From: an uncultured cyanobacterium
GTDB taxonomy: Bacteria; Cyanobacteriota; Cyanobacteriia; Phormidesmidales; Phormidesmidaceae
Direction of reading: 5' to 3'
Assembly (NCBI GenBank): GCA_963793265.1
Contig: CAWBZI010000004.1
Location: forward strand, 32,001-96,000
Length of the DNA: 64,000 nt
Shown here in pieces: positions 32,489 through 42,314 of the stretch. The first letter of the stretch is position 1. Every line of letters starts with the position of its first letter. The position numbers and the translations under genes were made by a program. The notes below the pieces were generated by a model. It had not been told where the DNA came from and did not search any database. It was given only the letters and a program-made list of their open reading frames with translations.

Positions 32489-33343
32489 CTAAAACCGCTC
32501 GCCAGTCACGACAAAGGTGACGCGCTTGCCTACATTTGTGGCATGGTCGGCAATCCGCTCTAGGGCGCGAATGACGAGCACCAGCAAAATAATCGGTTCC
32601 ATTGAGCCTTCACTGCACTGCGTATGAACAAGCTGTTCGTAGAGTCTTTCGTAGTCATCATCAACTGCATCGTCTTTTTGCTTGATGGTGCGACCGGCTT
32701 CTGAGTCTAGCTCGGTGAGCGATCTAAGGCACAGCGCGACCATGGAGCGGCAGCGGTCTGTCATGGTTTCAATCTCGCCCATGCAGGCGTGCTCGGGATA
32801 GGGAAATAGCTTGATGGCCGAATTACTGATGCTTTTGGTGTAGTCGCCAATGCGCTCTAGGTCGCGTACGATTTGCATATAGGCGCTGACCATGCGCAAA
32901 TCTTGAGTGACTGGCGCTTCAAGATTCAACAGATTGATGCAGTCTACTTCGATTTGTCGGTAGAGAGCGTCAATCTGTTTGTCTTGGAGTGGGATTCTTT
33001 GGGCGGCGTCTAGGTCTTTTTGGCAAAGTGCCTGGCGAGCGAGCAAACAGGAGTTTTCGACCAGCGCCCCCATTTTGAGCACGTCTCTTTGAATGCGGGT
33101 GATCTTGCGATCTAGCCCGGCGCGGCTGATGGTGCGATCGCCTGGCACTTCCTGGATGGAGAGCCTCCCTTCATCAACTCTGCTGCTATCAGCGTTATTA
33201 CTATCGTCAGTATCCTGTCTATCTTGCAAAGGTTGATAGCTCTTTGTAGGCTGGTCGAATGGAATTTGTCTAGCGCTATTATCTAATCGGCCATCGGTGT
33301 TTGTCACAGGACGGCCAGATTGAGAAGAAGGAGCGCTTTTCAT
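32489..33343 (-). CDS. phoU: Phosphate signalling protein PhoU (SphU)
   Basis: DLRMVSAYMQIVRDLERIGDY, DDAVDD, ERIADHATN; start uncertain because of a long N-terminal extension. Confidence 0.9.
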   Translation of the reverse strand: MKSAPSSQSGRPVTNTDGRLDNSARQIPFDQPTKSYQPLQDRQDTDDSNNADSSRVDEGRLSIQEVPGDRTISRAGLDRKITRIQRDVLKMGALVENSCLLARQALCQKDLDAAQRIPLQDKQIDALYRQIEVDCINLLNLEAPVTQDLRMVSAYMQIVRDLERIGDYTKSISNSAIKLFPYPEHACMGEIETMTDRCRSMVALCLRSLTELDSEAGRTIKQKDDAVDDDYERLYEQLVHTQCSEGSMEPIILLVLVIRALERIADHATNVGKRVTFVVTGERF

Positions 33344-33620
33344 AGTTTTGTTTAGATTTGCGGATGTTTTTTGAAGTGTATTTTTAAGTGAGGTTTAATA
33401 GTAGCGGCTATCTCATGTGCTGCTATGTCTGCTATCTAACATCTTCGCAAGCTTATGGCTCATATAACTGACTCATATATGACTCATATAACGGTGTGTA
33501 ACGGTTAGCCGATAGGGTGACGACAATGCAACCATTTTAGTCAACAATTTATCTAGGTATCTAACGTTTTTAGGTATCGTGTGTTCTTAACGCCCACTCA
33601 TAAAAGAGGATAGTAACCCT

Positions 33621-33716
33621 ATGGCTTTATCAGATACTCAGATCTATTTCGCCCTCATCTTTGCACTGGTTCCTGGCTTTTTGGCGCTACGCCTATCCAC
33701 TGAGCTATACAAGTAA
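33621..33716 (+). CDS. psaM: Photosystem I subunit XII (absent from the supplied ORF track)
   Basis: Manual translation MALSDTQIYFALIFALVPGFLALRLSTELYK*; AGAGGA RBS upstream. Confidence 0.95.
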   Translation: MALSDTQIYFALIFALVPGFLALRLSTELYK

Positions 33717-33755
33717 CCCTTGCATAAGTAACCACTGCATCTAGCAAGATGCACC

Positions 33756-33807
33756 AAAATCTCCCAATTAGAGGCCGCTGTAGGTCTGAATAGTCGGGAG
33801 ATTTTTT
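33756..33807 (+). terminator. Hairpin/terminator downstream of psaM
   Basis: AAAATCTCCC...GGGAGATTTTTT with an inner GAGGCC/GGTCT stem. Confidence 0.55.
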
Positions 33808-33959
33808 GATTGGGAAAAGCGCATAAAAACATCTGTGAAACGTCAGCGTGCTGTGGGCAAATATTCTCAATTTATGCGAGTATCGTTTGAACCGTAATTT
33901 CTCGGAAGCTGTGCGCCTTAGAGTCAATTACAATCAGCTCGCTATTTTGGTTTCGCTTT

Positions 33960-34376
33960 ATGAACGCTGATAAGCGCCCACTTAATCCGGTTGCCACCCC
34001 CCCGACGCTACGTTCTCAATCGCCCGCTACTCGAAAAACGCGCACTTACCAGCCTAAGCGAATTCCTTTTGCCGGTGCGCGCCGGGCGATCGCCTTTGAG
34101 TCTTCCGTCAAGCTGACGGTGAATTTGCTCTTAGCGGTGGTGGCAACAACAACGATTGCAAAGCTTGTTCCTTACTATCAGGCGCAGCATAACCGGCTAG
34201 ATACCCTGGAGGCATCCGTTGAGGTGGCTGAGCAGAGAAACGCTAAGCTGCGCGATCAGTTTAGCCGCAACTTTGACCCGGCTCAGGCTTCTCGAATTAT
34301 GCAGGAGCAAAGCGGCATGGCCTACCCCAATCAAAAGCAGGTGATTTGGCAGTCGCCTATCGAAGATCAGCTATAG
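33960..34376 (+). CDS. Slr1601-like single-TM coiled-coil protein (FtsL/DivIC-like)
   Basis: TM helix, coiled coil and FDP....IMQEQ tail. Confidence 0.6.
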   Translation: MNADKRPLNPVATPPTLRSQSPATRKTRTYQPKRIPFAGARRAIAFESSVKLTVNLLLAVVATTTIAKLVPYYQAQHNRLDTLEASVEVAEQRNAKLRDQFSRNFDPAQASRIMQEQSGMAYPNQKQVIWQSPIEDQL

Positions 34377-34484
34377 GCGGCTATAGAACAGCATTGGAGC
34401 GGCACCGGATCTCAGGGCAAGAAAGGGCGCAGACCGATACAATCGAGAGGTATAAATTTTCTTGAATTTGTGTAAGGAATACCT

Positions 34485-36242
34485 GTGGTTGATGCCGCTC
34501 ACGATGCGTTTAAGTTTGATTCGATAGAAGATGCCCTGGCGGATTTGGCCGCCGGGCGAGCGATTGTGGTCGTTGATGACGAAGATCGTGAAAATGAAGG
34601 GGATGTGATCTGCGCGGCGCAGTTTGCAACGCCCGATATGATTAATTTTATGGCAGTTGAGGCCCGAGGGCTGATTTGCCTGGCGATGACGGGCGATCGC
34701 CTCGATGAACTCGATTTGCCGCTGATGGTGACCAGTAGCCCGTTTGAAGACGAGAACGAGCAAACAGCATTTACCGTCAGCATTGACGCGGGGCTGAACT
34801 GGGGCGTGACGACTGGGATCTCTGCTGAAGATAGAGCCAGAACCATTCAGGTCGCGATTAACTCTAAGGCTAAGCCACAAGATTTGCGTAGGCCCGGTCA
34901 TATCTTTCCGCTGCGGGCTAAAGAGGGCGGCGTGCTGAAGCGGGTGGGCCACACTGAGGCGGGCGTTGATCTAGCTCGGATGGCTGGGCTGTATCCAGCG
35001 GGCGTTATCTGCGAGATCTCTAATCCTGATGGCTCTATGGCCAGAAGGCCCGACTTGATTCACTATGCCAAACGCCACGGCCTGAAGTTTATCAGCATTG
35101 CTGATTTGATTAGCTACCGGCTGCGGCACGAGCGCTTTGTAAAACGCGAAGCGGTGGCGGCGATGCCGACTAAGTTTGGCAAATTTCAGGTGTATGCCTA
35201 TCGAAATGAGCTGGATGGCTCTGAGCATATTGCGCTGGTAAAAGGCGATCCCGCCACTTTTAAAGACGAGCCAGTGATGGTGCGAATGCACTCTGAATGT
35301 TTGACGGGCGATGCGCTGGGATCTATGCGTTGTGACTGTCGAATGCAGCTTCAGGCAGCGCTAAAGATGATTGATAATGCGGGCAAAGGTGCGGTTGTTT
35401 ATCTACGCCAGGAAGGCCGGGGGATCGGCCTGGTGAATAAGCTAAAGGCGTATTCTCTTCAGGATATGGGGCTAGATACGGTCGAGGCGAATGAGCGTTT
35501 AGGGCTTCCTGTCGATCAGCGTAACTATGGGATGGGCGCACAGATTCTGATGGACTTGGGGATCAATCAGTTCAAGCTGATTACGAACAATCCGCGTAAG
35601 ATCGCTGGGCTTAAGGGCTATGGCTTAGAGATGGTGGATCGGGTGCCGCTGCTGATTGAGGCGACGACATATAACGCGAGCTACTTAGCGACGAAGGCTG
35701 AAAAGCTCGGCCATATGCTACTACAGACCTACTTGGTTACGGTGGCTATTCGCTGGCGGGATAGTGGTGATGTGGAAGTTGACTCGGAGCTAGTGACGGC
35801 TCGCTATGAAAGGCTTGAAAAGCTGCGAGGGCTAGCGAAAAAGCACGATTTGACGCTGCAAGAAGAGGCGCGTTCGGTGGCGGTTGCTGTGTTTGGGCAG
35901 ATGCCGCTGATTGCGAATTTGGGGCTCGATCAGCCTGATCTGGCGAGCGATCGCTGGTACAAAGACAGCGATCATCCCTATGTAAGGGCGATCGCCTCTC
36001 TTTTAGACGAACTAATCGCCTGGAAAGACATCGATCAGCTTGAGTTCTTAGTCTCGTCAGGTGGCGATCCCTTCACGCAGCTTAAAGTCAGGCTCGATCA
36101 GCAGATCTTTCCCTGGCCTCACTCAGGCGGAAAAGATGGCGAAGCGATGGTTCTGCCAAGTGACGTTTGTAAGAAGCTAGAAACACAGCGGCTTTACGCC
36201 TTTTCTCAACATGCGATGGAGGTCGCACATCAGGCTGTTTAG
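34485..36242 (+). CDS. ribBA: DHBP synthase / GTP cyclohydrolase II
   Basis: DDEDRENEGD, RPGHIFPL, RMHSECLTGD..GSMRCDC, QEGRGIGL. Confidence 0.95.
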   Translation: MVDAAHDAFKFDSIEDALADLAAGRAIVVVDDEDRENEGDVICAAQFATPDMINFMAVEARGLICLAMTGDRLDELDLPLMVTSSPFEDENEQTAFTVSIDAGLNWGVTTGISAEDRARTIQVAINSKAKPQDLRRPGHIFPLRAKEGGVLKRVGHTEAGVDLARMAGLYPAGVICEISNPDGSMARRPDLIHYAKRHGLKFISIADLISYRLRHERFVKREAVAAMPTKFGKFQVYAYRNELDGSEHIALVKGDPATFKDEPVMVRMHSECLTGDALGSMRCDCRMQLQAALKMIDNAGKGAVVYLRQEGRGIGLVNKLKAYSLQDMGLDTVEANERLGLPVDQRNYGMGAQILMDLGINQFKLITNNPRKIAGLKGYGLEMVDRVPLLIEATTYNASYLATKAEKLGHMLLQTYLVTVAIRWRDSGDVEVDSELVTARYERLEKLRGLAKKHDLTLQEEARSVAVAVFGQMPLIANLGLDQPDLASDRWYKDSDHPYVRAIASLLDELIAWKDIDQLEFLVSSGGDPFTQLKVRLDQQIFPWPHSGGKDGEAMVLPSDVCKKLETQRLYAFSQHAMEVAHQAV

Positions 36243-36256
36243 TCAACTACGGCTCT

Positions 36257-37630
36257 TTACGGTTCTATGCGGCCTAGCTGGCTAGGGGGCTGGGCTGGCA
36301 TGGCGGGAGCAGCGATCGCAGGTGTTGCACTTTGGCGGCGAGCAACGACATTCGGTTCAATAGCCTCAACGGCCTGCACAAACTGAGGGTCGGCGTCGGT
36401 ACCGCGCAGAGCGGGATTAGTGTCTAGATCGCGTCTTTGCTGCTCAGTGAGTGTGACGTTGATATCAGGCGTAATGCCTCGGCTGCTGATATCAGTGCCA
36501 TCAGGCGTGTAATAGTGTGCCACCGTCACAGCTAGGCCCGAGCCATCTGAGAGCCCATGTAGGCTTTGCACTAAAGCTTTGCCAAACGTGGGATTGCCAA
36601 CGACGATAGCGCGATCGTTATCGCCTAGCGCGCCCGTCACAATCTCGCTAGAGCTGGCTGACTGCCCATTGACTAATACCGCCATAGGCAAATCAGTGAG
36701 CGCTGTACGGTTTGCTGAAATTTCGTCGTCCTGACCGTCTCTATCAACCGTTCGCACAATACTGCCCCGAGGGAGCCACATCCGGCTGATGTCAATACTG
36801 GCCTGTAATAGTCCACCTGGATTACCGCGCAGGTCTAGCACAAAAGCTTCAGCCCCTCGACTGGTCAAATCATCAATAGCTGCGCTCATTTGCTCAGCGG
36901 CGTGAGCGCTGAACTCGTCTAATCGGATGTAGCCGACTTTAACAGAGCCCTGCTGCTGAAGCTCAGCGCTAACAGTTGGTAGCGAAACGACCTCTCGAAC
37001 CAGGGCCAGGGTTTCTTCACTACCATCTTTGTGGCGTACGGTTAATGATATTTGGCTACCGCTTTCACCGCGAATGAGCTGCGCTGCGCTTTCTACGCTG
37101 AGATTTTGGCCCGACCTGCCATCGATAATTAAGATGACGTCGCCCGGCGTCAGTCCTGCTTGCTTAGCAGGCGAATTGTCTAGAATGCTAGAAACCACCA
37201 GGTTTTGATCGGCTCTTGATAGTCGCAACCCTATGCCCGATACCTCGCCTGAAGTCTGTTCGGTGAGCGCTGCATACTGAGCGGGGTTCAAAAAACGAGT
37301 GTATGGGTCTTCTAGGCGGCGCAAAACTCTGCGTAGTTCGGTATAGGCAGCCTCGCGCGAGCTATAGTCGCCGCTGAGTAGCGTCTGCCTCACGCCTAGC
37401 CAATCGACTCGGTTAAAGTCGGCATCTACGTATTCTTGATGGACGAGCTGCCAGGCTTCATCTAAGACGACTTTGGGACTGTTTTGAAAAGAGCTTTGAA
37501 GGTTAGAAGTAGTAGCAGGCTCAGCTAACTGCGCGCCCACACCTCCGGCGAAAGCCGCCGGAACCAGTAGGATGGCACCACTGACTGAGCAATTTTTAAG
37601 GAAGCCTAAAATACAGGCAGTATTTTTCAT
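36257..37630 (-). CDS. ctpB: C-terminal processing peptidase (S41, CtpB-like)
   Basis: DPYTRFL, PDZ domain, DLRGNPGG, SASSSEI, TFGKALVQ. Confidence 0.8.
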   Translation of the reverse strand: MKNTACILGFLKNCSVSGAILLVPAAFAGGVGAQLAEPATTSNLQSSFQNSPKVVLDEAWQLVHQEYVDADFNRVDWLGVRQTLLSGDYSSREAAYTELRRVLRRLEDPYTRFLNPAQYAALTEQTSGEVSGIGLRLSRADQNLVVSSILDNSPAKQAGLTPGDVILIIDGRSGQNLSVESAAQLIRGESGSQISLTVRHKDGSEETLALVREVVSLPTVSAELQQQGSVKVGYIRLDEFSAHAAEQMSAAIDDLTSRGAEAFVLDLRGNPGGLLQASIDISRMWLPRGSIVRTVDRDGQDDEISANRTALTDLPMAVLVNGQSASSSEIVTGALGDNDRAIVVGNPTFGKALVQSLHGLSDGSGLAVTVAHYYTPDGTDISSRGITPDINVTLTEQQRRDLDTNPALRGTDADPQFVQAVEAIEPNVVARRQSATPAIAAPAMPAQPPSQLGRIEP

Positions 37631-38127
37631 TTAAGACAGAGGCTACAAAGAATTTTGGAGATGTAGATGAGTTGTATAAAAATGTCTTTGGGCAGAGGTT
37701 GCCCTGATTCAGGACGGTTTCAGGCCCATAAAGCTTATAGAAAGACTAAGAAATATACCAGAGTAATTACGGGTTATTGGCAAATGCTTTATCTAAAGTA
37801 GTCAATAATCCTAAAGACGTAAATAAGTAATTGCCGCTGGATGGTTACCTTATCCGTATTCTATTTGACGCCTGCTAGCTTTATCAGCGCTGGTCATCTC
37901 TCTTTATTTATTGCTACAGAGATTTGCTAAAAGTAGCTCGACCTACCGATATACTCCATGTTCCACCAATTATTCGCTTCATCAGGAACTTATCAAGTAC
38001 AACCGTGTATTTACGGTGTCTCAGATCGATTGCCTGGTTCGACTGCTAATGTCTGTACTTTACGTCATCTTCATATATATTCTCTCTGATAGATTAGGGT
38101 TTCTCTAAAGCCTTTTGCCCGCAGCTT

Positions 38128-38934
38128 ATGCACAGCTACATTCCGCCAGCGCGATTTTTTCCGTATCTGACCTGGCCTCAAGTAGAGGCGCTGCCGGATA
38201 AGGAGAATGTTTTAATCATTCAACCGATTGGTGCTGTAGAGCAGCATGGGCCTCATTTGCCTTTGATTGTAGATGCGGCGATCGCAACGGCTGTCGTGGG
38301 CCAGGCCCTGCACAAGCTCAATAGTGCTATCCCTGCCTACGCCCTACCCACGCTCTACTACGGCAAATCGAACGAGCACTGGCGCTTTCCAGGTACGGTG
38401 ACGCTGAGCGCGCAAACGCTCACGGCGGTGCTGATGGAGATGGCCCAGAGCCTTTATAGCGCTGGGTTTCGGAAGCTGCTGCTAATCAACGGGCATGGCG
38501 GACAGCCACAGGTGTTGGAGATTGTGGCACGTGATTTGCGGCAGCAGCACGGCGATTTGATGGTGTTTCCGCTGTTTGTGTGGGGTGCGCCGCATTGCAC
38601 GGCTGAAGTGGTAGGTGAGCAGGAATATGAGCGGGGCCTCCATGCGGGAGATGTGGAGACGAGTGTGATGCTGGCGCTGATGCCTCAGCAGGTGCAGATG
38701 ACTGAGGCGGTGCGTGAGTTTCCGGCAGACTTTGGGGCGGAAAGCCTGTTGAGTTTGGAGGGGCGGCTGCCGATGGCTTGGACAATGGATGATTTGAGTA
38801 AGAGTGGTGTGGTGGGAGATGCGACGGTGGCAACGGTAGCAAAAGGCGAGAAAATTATGGCGTCGGTGTCGGATGGATGGGTGAGGGTGTTTGAGGAGGT
38901 TTATCGGTGTTCGGGGCCAAATCCTCAGCGCTAG
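38128..38934 (+). CDS. Creatininase / amidohydrolase family protein
   Basis: GAVEQHGPHLP, SNEHWRFPGT, NGHGG, HAGDVETS. Confidence 0.88.
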   Translation: MHSYIPPARFFPYLTWPQVEALPDKENVLIIQPIGAVEQHGPHLPLIVDAAIATAVVGQALHKLNSAIPAYALPTLYYGKSNEHWRFPGTVTLSAQTLTAVLMEMAQSLYSAGFRKLLLINGHGGQPQVLEIVARDLRQQHGDLMVFPLFVWGAPHCTAEVVGEQEYERGLHAGDVETSVMLALMPQQVQMTEAVREFPADFGAESLLSLEGRLPMAWTMDDLSKSGVVGDATVATVAKGEKIMASVSDGWVRVFEEVYRCSGPNPQR

Positions 38935-39031
38935 ATGGATATTTGTGAAGGCGGCTCGGTGAATGAATTTAATTGCGATTAGAGTCTTTAGTAGCTATTA
39001 AAGATATTCGTTAATTTAGGACATTGAATAT

Positions 39032-39817
39032 ATGCAGCCTTCTGATGCTCAAGGTGAGGCTCAAGTTGTGGAGGCTCCTGTGCAAAGTTCAAGGATGCCT
39101 GAAGCGCCTGCTGATATTCCGGCGATGGTGAAGACGCTGGCGATTGATATTGGGGGCAGTGGGATTAAGGCGCTGGTGATTGATGATGTGGGCCAGCCTA
39201 TGGGGGATCGTGATCGCATCAAAACACCTAAGCCAGCTACGCCCGATGCGGTGGTAAAGGTTGTTGAGCAGCTTGCTAGCCAAAAAGCAGATGCGGGGTT
39301 TGACCGCGTTTCAGTTGGCTTTCCGGGAGTTGTGCGTCGTGGCGTTATCTATACCGCGGTGAATTTGCACGAAACTTGGGCGGGGTACGACTTGGCTCAG
39401 CAGCTATCAAATAGCCTAGGTAAGCCAGTTCTGGTGATTAATGACGCCGATATGCAGGGGTTGGGTGCGGTTTCGGGTGAGGGTGTAGAGATGGTAATCA
39501 CGCTGGGTACCGGGTTTGGGACGGCGCTGTTTGTGGACGGGCATTTGGTGCCTAACTTAGAATTTGGCCATCAGCGGTTTCGTAAGGGGCAAACCTACGA
39601 AGAGCAGCTAGGGCGAGCCGCGCTGAAAAAAGTGGGTCAAGACGTTTGGAATCGACGCCTGGCGAAAGCGATCGACGCGCTTTCAAGAGGATTCAACTTC
39701 GACCGACTGTATTTAGGTGGCGGCGAGGTGAAGCAGATCGAGATTGAGCTGCCTGAAAATGTGACGGTGGTTCCTAACGTGCTGGGCTTGATGGGCGGCA
39801 TTAAGCTTTGGCAATAG
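39032..39817 (+). CDS. ROK-family kinase (polyphosphate glucokinase-like)
   Basis: DIGGSGIK, VGFPG, NDADMQG, TLGTGFG, NLEFGH. Confidence 0.85.
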   Translation: MQPSDAQGEAQVVEAPVQSSRMPEAPADIPAMVKTLAIDIGGSGIKALVIDDVGQPMGDRDRIKTPKPATPDAVVKVVEQLASQKADAGFDRVSVGFPGVVRRGVIYTAVNLHETWAGYDLAQQLSNSLGKPVLVINDADMQGLGAVSGEGVEMVITLGTGFGTALFVDGHLVPNLEFGHQRFRKGQTYEEQLGRAALKKVGQDVWNRRLAKAIDALSRGFNFDRLYLGGGEVKQIEIELPENVTVVPNVLGLMGGIKLWQ

Positions 39818-40397
39818 GTGGATTGTTTAGAAACAAGCCGCTTTCGGTGCAGATGCCGTTGAGAGGAATATCCCAGCTTTCGCGAGGGAGCTGGGGCAGG
39901 CGGGCGTATTCAAAGACGATGCCAATGGTGATTTTATTGGCCCAGACAGGACTAGAGAGCATCCGGTCGTAAAAGCCGCCGCCGTAGCCGAGGCGGTAGC
40001 CTTTGATGTCGCAGGCGAGACAGGGGATGAGAATAAGGTCTACTCGGCGGGGCTCTACAAGCGGAGAGGTGGGATCGGGTTCGGTGATGCCGTAGGTGCC
40101 GGGGCGCAGTGGCCATTCGCAGGTAGGGAACCAGCGATGCCAAATGAGGTCGTTGCCTTCGCAGCGGGGAAGGCCCCAAACGCGCTGCTGTTTGAGTAGG
40201 CTGGAGAGGTCGGGTTCGCCGCGAAAGCTGCAATAGGCGAGGGTGAGACGCGATCGCCCAAATACCGGCCAGTTTTGCAAATGCTGGCAAATGCTGGCCG
40301 ATTTCTCTTGCCAAATGCGCTCGGGCATCCGCTGGCGAGCTTTGAGCAAGGTGCGGCGCTGAGCTTCTTTTTGGGTTTGGGCGGTGGAAGAGTGCAT
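39801..40397 (-). CDS. 5-formyltetrahydrofolate cyclo-ligase
   Basis: GTYGITEP, GYRLGYGGGFYDR. Confidence 0.9.
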   Translation of the reverse strand: MHSSTAQTQKEAQRRTLLKARQRMPERIWQEKSASICQHLQNWPVFGRSRLTLAYCSFRGEPDLSSLLKQQRVWGLPRCEGNDLIWHRWFPTCEWPLRPGTYGITEPDPTSPLVEPRRVDLILIPCLACDIKGYRLGYGGGFYDRMLSSPVWANKITIGIVFEYARLPQLPRESWDIPLNGICTESGLFLNNPPIAKA

Positions 40398-40444
40398 TGA
40401 GACGGTAAAGGGCGATCTTGCGGGCGATCGGGTGGTTTAGACGA

Positions 40445-42055
40445 TCAAGCGGTGATCCGTCTGTAGAGGTCAGATATTTTGCTGATGACCTCCTCAGCAC
40501 TGAGGTGATCGGTGATAATTTCGATGGCATCAGGAGCTTTGCGTAGCGGCGAGACGGCTCGGGTGCTGTCTTTGCGATCGCGCTCCGCAATCAAATCGGC
40601 TAGCTCAGAAATATCGGGTAGTGTTTGACCGTCTGCCTGCTCAGCCGTCTTTAGATCTAGATGACGACGCTGAGCGCGTTCTTCGACGGAGGCAGTGAGG
40701 TAGATCTTAAGTTCTGCATCTGGGAAAACCTGGGTGCCAATGTCGCGACCGTCTGCAACGATGCCGCCCTGGATACCGTATTGCTGCTGCTGCCGAACAA
40801 GATGCTCACGAACGGCGGCTTGCGCGGCGATGGTAGATACCTGGCTAGTCACGCTTTCACTGCGAATGTCGGCGGTGACGTTCTGGCCGTTTACCTTGAC
40901 CTGGGGTGGCTGCGGCTCGTTGTCTTTGACGTTTGCAATAAGCTGAATGTGGCAGTGGGGCAACAGTTCAGCTACGGCAGTGGCGTCGGCCGGTTTAATC
41001 CCTTGCTGAAGGACAAACCATGTGAGGGCGCGATACATAGCGCCAGTATCGAGATAGAGGAGTCCGAGCTGATGTGCGATTTGGCGGGCGACGGTGGATT
41101 TGCCTGCACCGGCTGGGCCGTCGATAGCAATAATGGGCTTTCGCTGGGGGCTGTGGTTCTGGCTGGGATTCTGGCTGGGATTCTGGCTGGGATTGTCGGG
41201 GGCTTTGAGAAGTACGTTGTCGAGTAGCCGGGCTTTGCCGACGTTTGCTGCGATCGCCATCATTCCTACGGTATTAACAGTTTGCAAAGGCTTTAGTGTA
41301 TCAGGGTGAACCAACGACAGATAGTCTAGCGAGACGGTGGGCTCGGTCGCTAGCACGGTGAGGGCAGCTTGCTGGAGGCGATCGCCCGACCTTTCCCCCT
41401 GTTCAAAAGCCGCTTGAGCTGCCCTGAGACTTTTGTTGAGAACCGTAGCCTGCTGGCGCTGTGTCTCGGTGAGATAGCGGTTGCGAGAGCTGAGAGCGAG
41501 GCCGTCAGGCTCTCTGACAATGGGGCAAGGAATAATTTCGCCGGGCAGATTCAGGTCTTGGGCAAGGCGCTTGAGGATGGCGACCTGCTGGCCGTCTTTT
41601 TGGCCAAAGTAGGCGCGTGTGGGCCGCACGATGTTTAAGAGCTTGGCGACCACGGTGGCGACGCCCTGGAAGTGGGTGGGCCGCGATTTACCACAGAGCA
41701 TTTGGGTCATGTGCCTAGGGGGAATGACCTGAGTGACAGTTGAAAGATCGGGACGCGCAACGCCGTATAGATTTTGAGGTGATGGCATAAATATGGCATC
41801 TACACTGGCGGCCTGGCAGAGCGCCTGGTCGGCGGCGGCAGGTCTGGGGTACTGATCGAGGTCTTCGTGGGGGCCGAACTGGAGAGGGTTGACGAAGATA
41901 CTAACGATTACGATGTCGCAGTCTTGGCGGGCCTGATTAACGAGGCTGATGTGGCCTGCGTGAAGTGCGCCCATGGTGGGCACGAGCCCAATGGTTTTAT
42001 CGCTTTGTCGGTCTAGATAGTCGCGCAATTCAGCGATGGTGTTGAATAGCTTCAC
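40445..42055 (-). CDS. panC-cmk: Bifunctional pantoate-beta-alanine ligase / cytidylate kinase
   Basis: PTMGALHAGH, FVNPLQF, GLALSSRN; IDGPAGAGKST, DGRDIGT. Confidence 0.95.
   Translation of the reverse strand: MKLFNTIAELRDYLDRQSDKTIGLVPTMGALHAGHISLVNQARQDCDIVIVSIFVNPLQFGPHEDLDQYPRPAAADQALCQAASVDAIFMPSPQNLYGVARPDLSTVTQVIPPRHMTQMLCGKSRPTHFQGVATVVAKLLNIVRPTRAYFGQKDGQQVAILKRLAQDLNLPGEIIPCPIVREPDGLALSSRNRYLTETQRQQATVLNKSLRAAQAAFEQGERSGDRLQQAALTVLATEPTVSLDYLSLVHPDTLKPLQTVNTVGMMAIAANVGKARLLDNVLLKAPDNPSQNPSQNPSQNHSPQRKPIIAIDGPAGAGKSTVARQIAHQLGLLYLDTGAMYRALTWFVLQQGIKPADATAVAELLPHCHIQLIANVKDNEPQPPQVKVNGQNVTADIRSESVTSQVSTIAAQAAVREHLVRQQQQYGIQGGIVADGRDIGTQVFPDAELKIYLTASVEERAQRRHLDLKTAEQADGQTLPDISELADLIAERDRKDSTRAVSPLRKAPDAIEIITDHLSAEEVISKISDLYRRITA
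41157..41194. repeat. 12-bp tandem repeat x3 (NPSQ) in the PanC-Cmk linker
   Basis: TTCTGGCTGGGA x3. Confidence 0.9.
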
Positions 42056-42252
42056 GACATTTTCCTAGCTGACAGGGAATCGGGAACTGTGTATCGGGGA
42101 ATAAAGGGGCGCTGCGTAATTTGGCTCACATTAATTTAACGCAAATTAGCTGTTTTCATGGTGCGTCGCCGTAGGGTATCTGCCCTCAGACTCATACAAA
42201 GAATGCGATCTATAACAGGAGACATAAGACGTTAGAGCAAGAAAAATCTAAT

Positions 42253-42285
42253 AAAAAAGACTCCTCTGTTAGGAGGAGCCTTTTT
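42253..42285 (-). terminator. Intrinsic terminator after rlpA
   Basis: Minus strand GGCTCCTC-CTAACA-GAGGAGTC-TTTTTT. Confidence 0.75.
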
Positions 42286-42314
42286 GCATAAGACAAATGA
42301 GACGGCAGGCTGAT

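Noticed and set aside
33644..33927. Minus-strand ORFs of 62 and 90 aa
   Set aside because: Shadow ORFs overlapping psaM and its terminator
37911..38108. 65-aa ORF in the ctpB/creatininase intergenic region
   Set aside because: TTG start, AT-rich promoter-like composition, no recognisable motif
39952..40590. 212-aa alternative-frame ORF, and similar antisense ORFs at 31156-31734, 34371-34952 and 40661-41227
   Set aside because: They overlap well-supported genes and have Arg/Pro/Ser-rich off-frame composition
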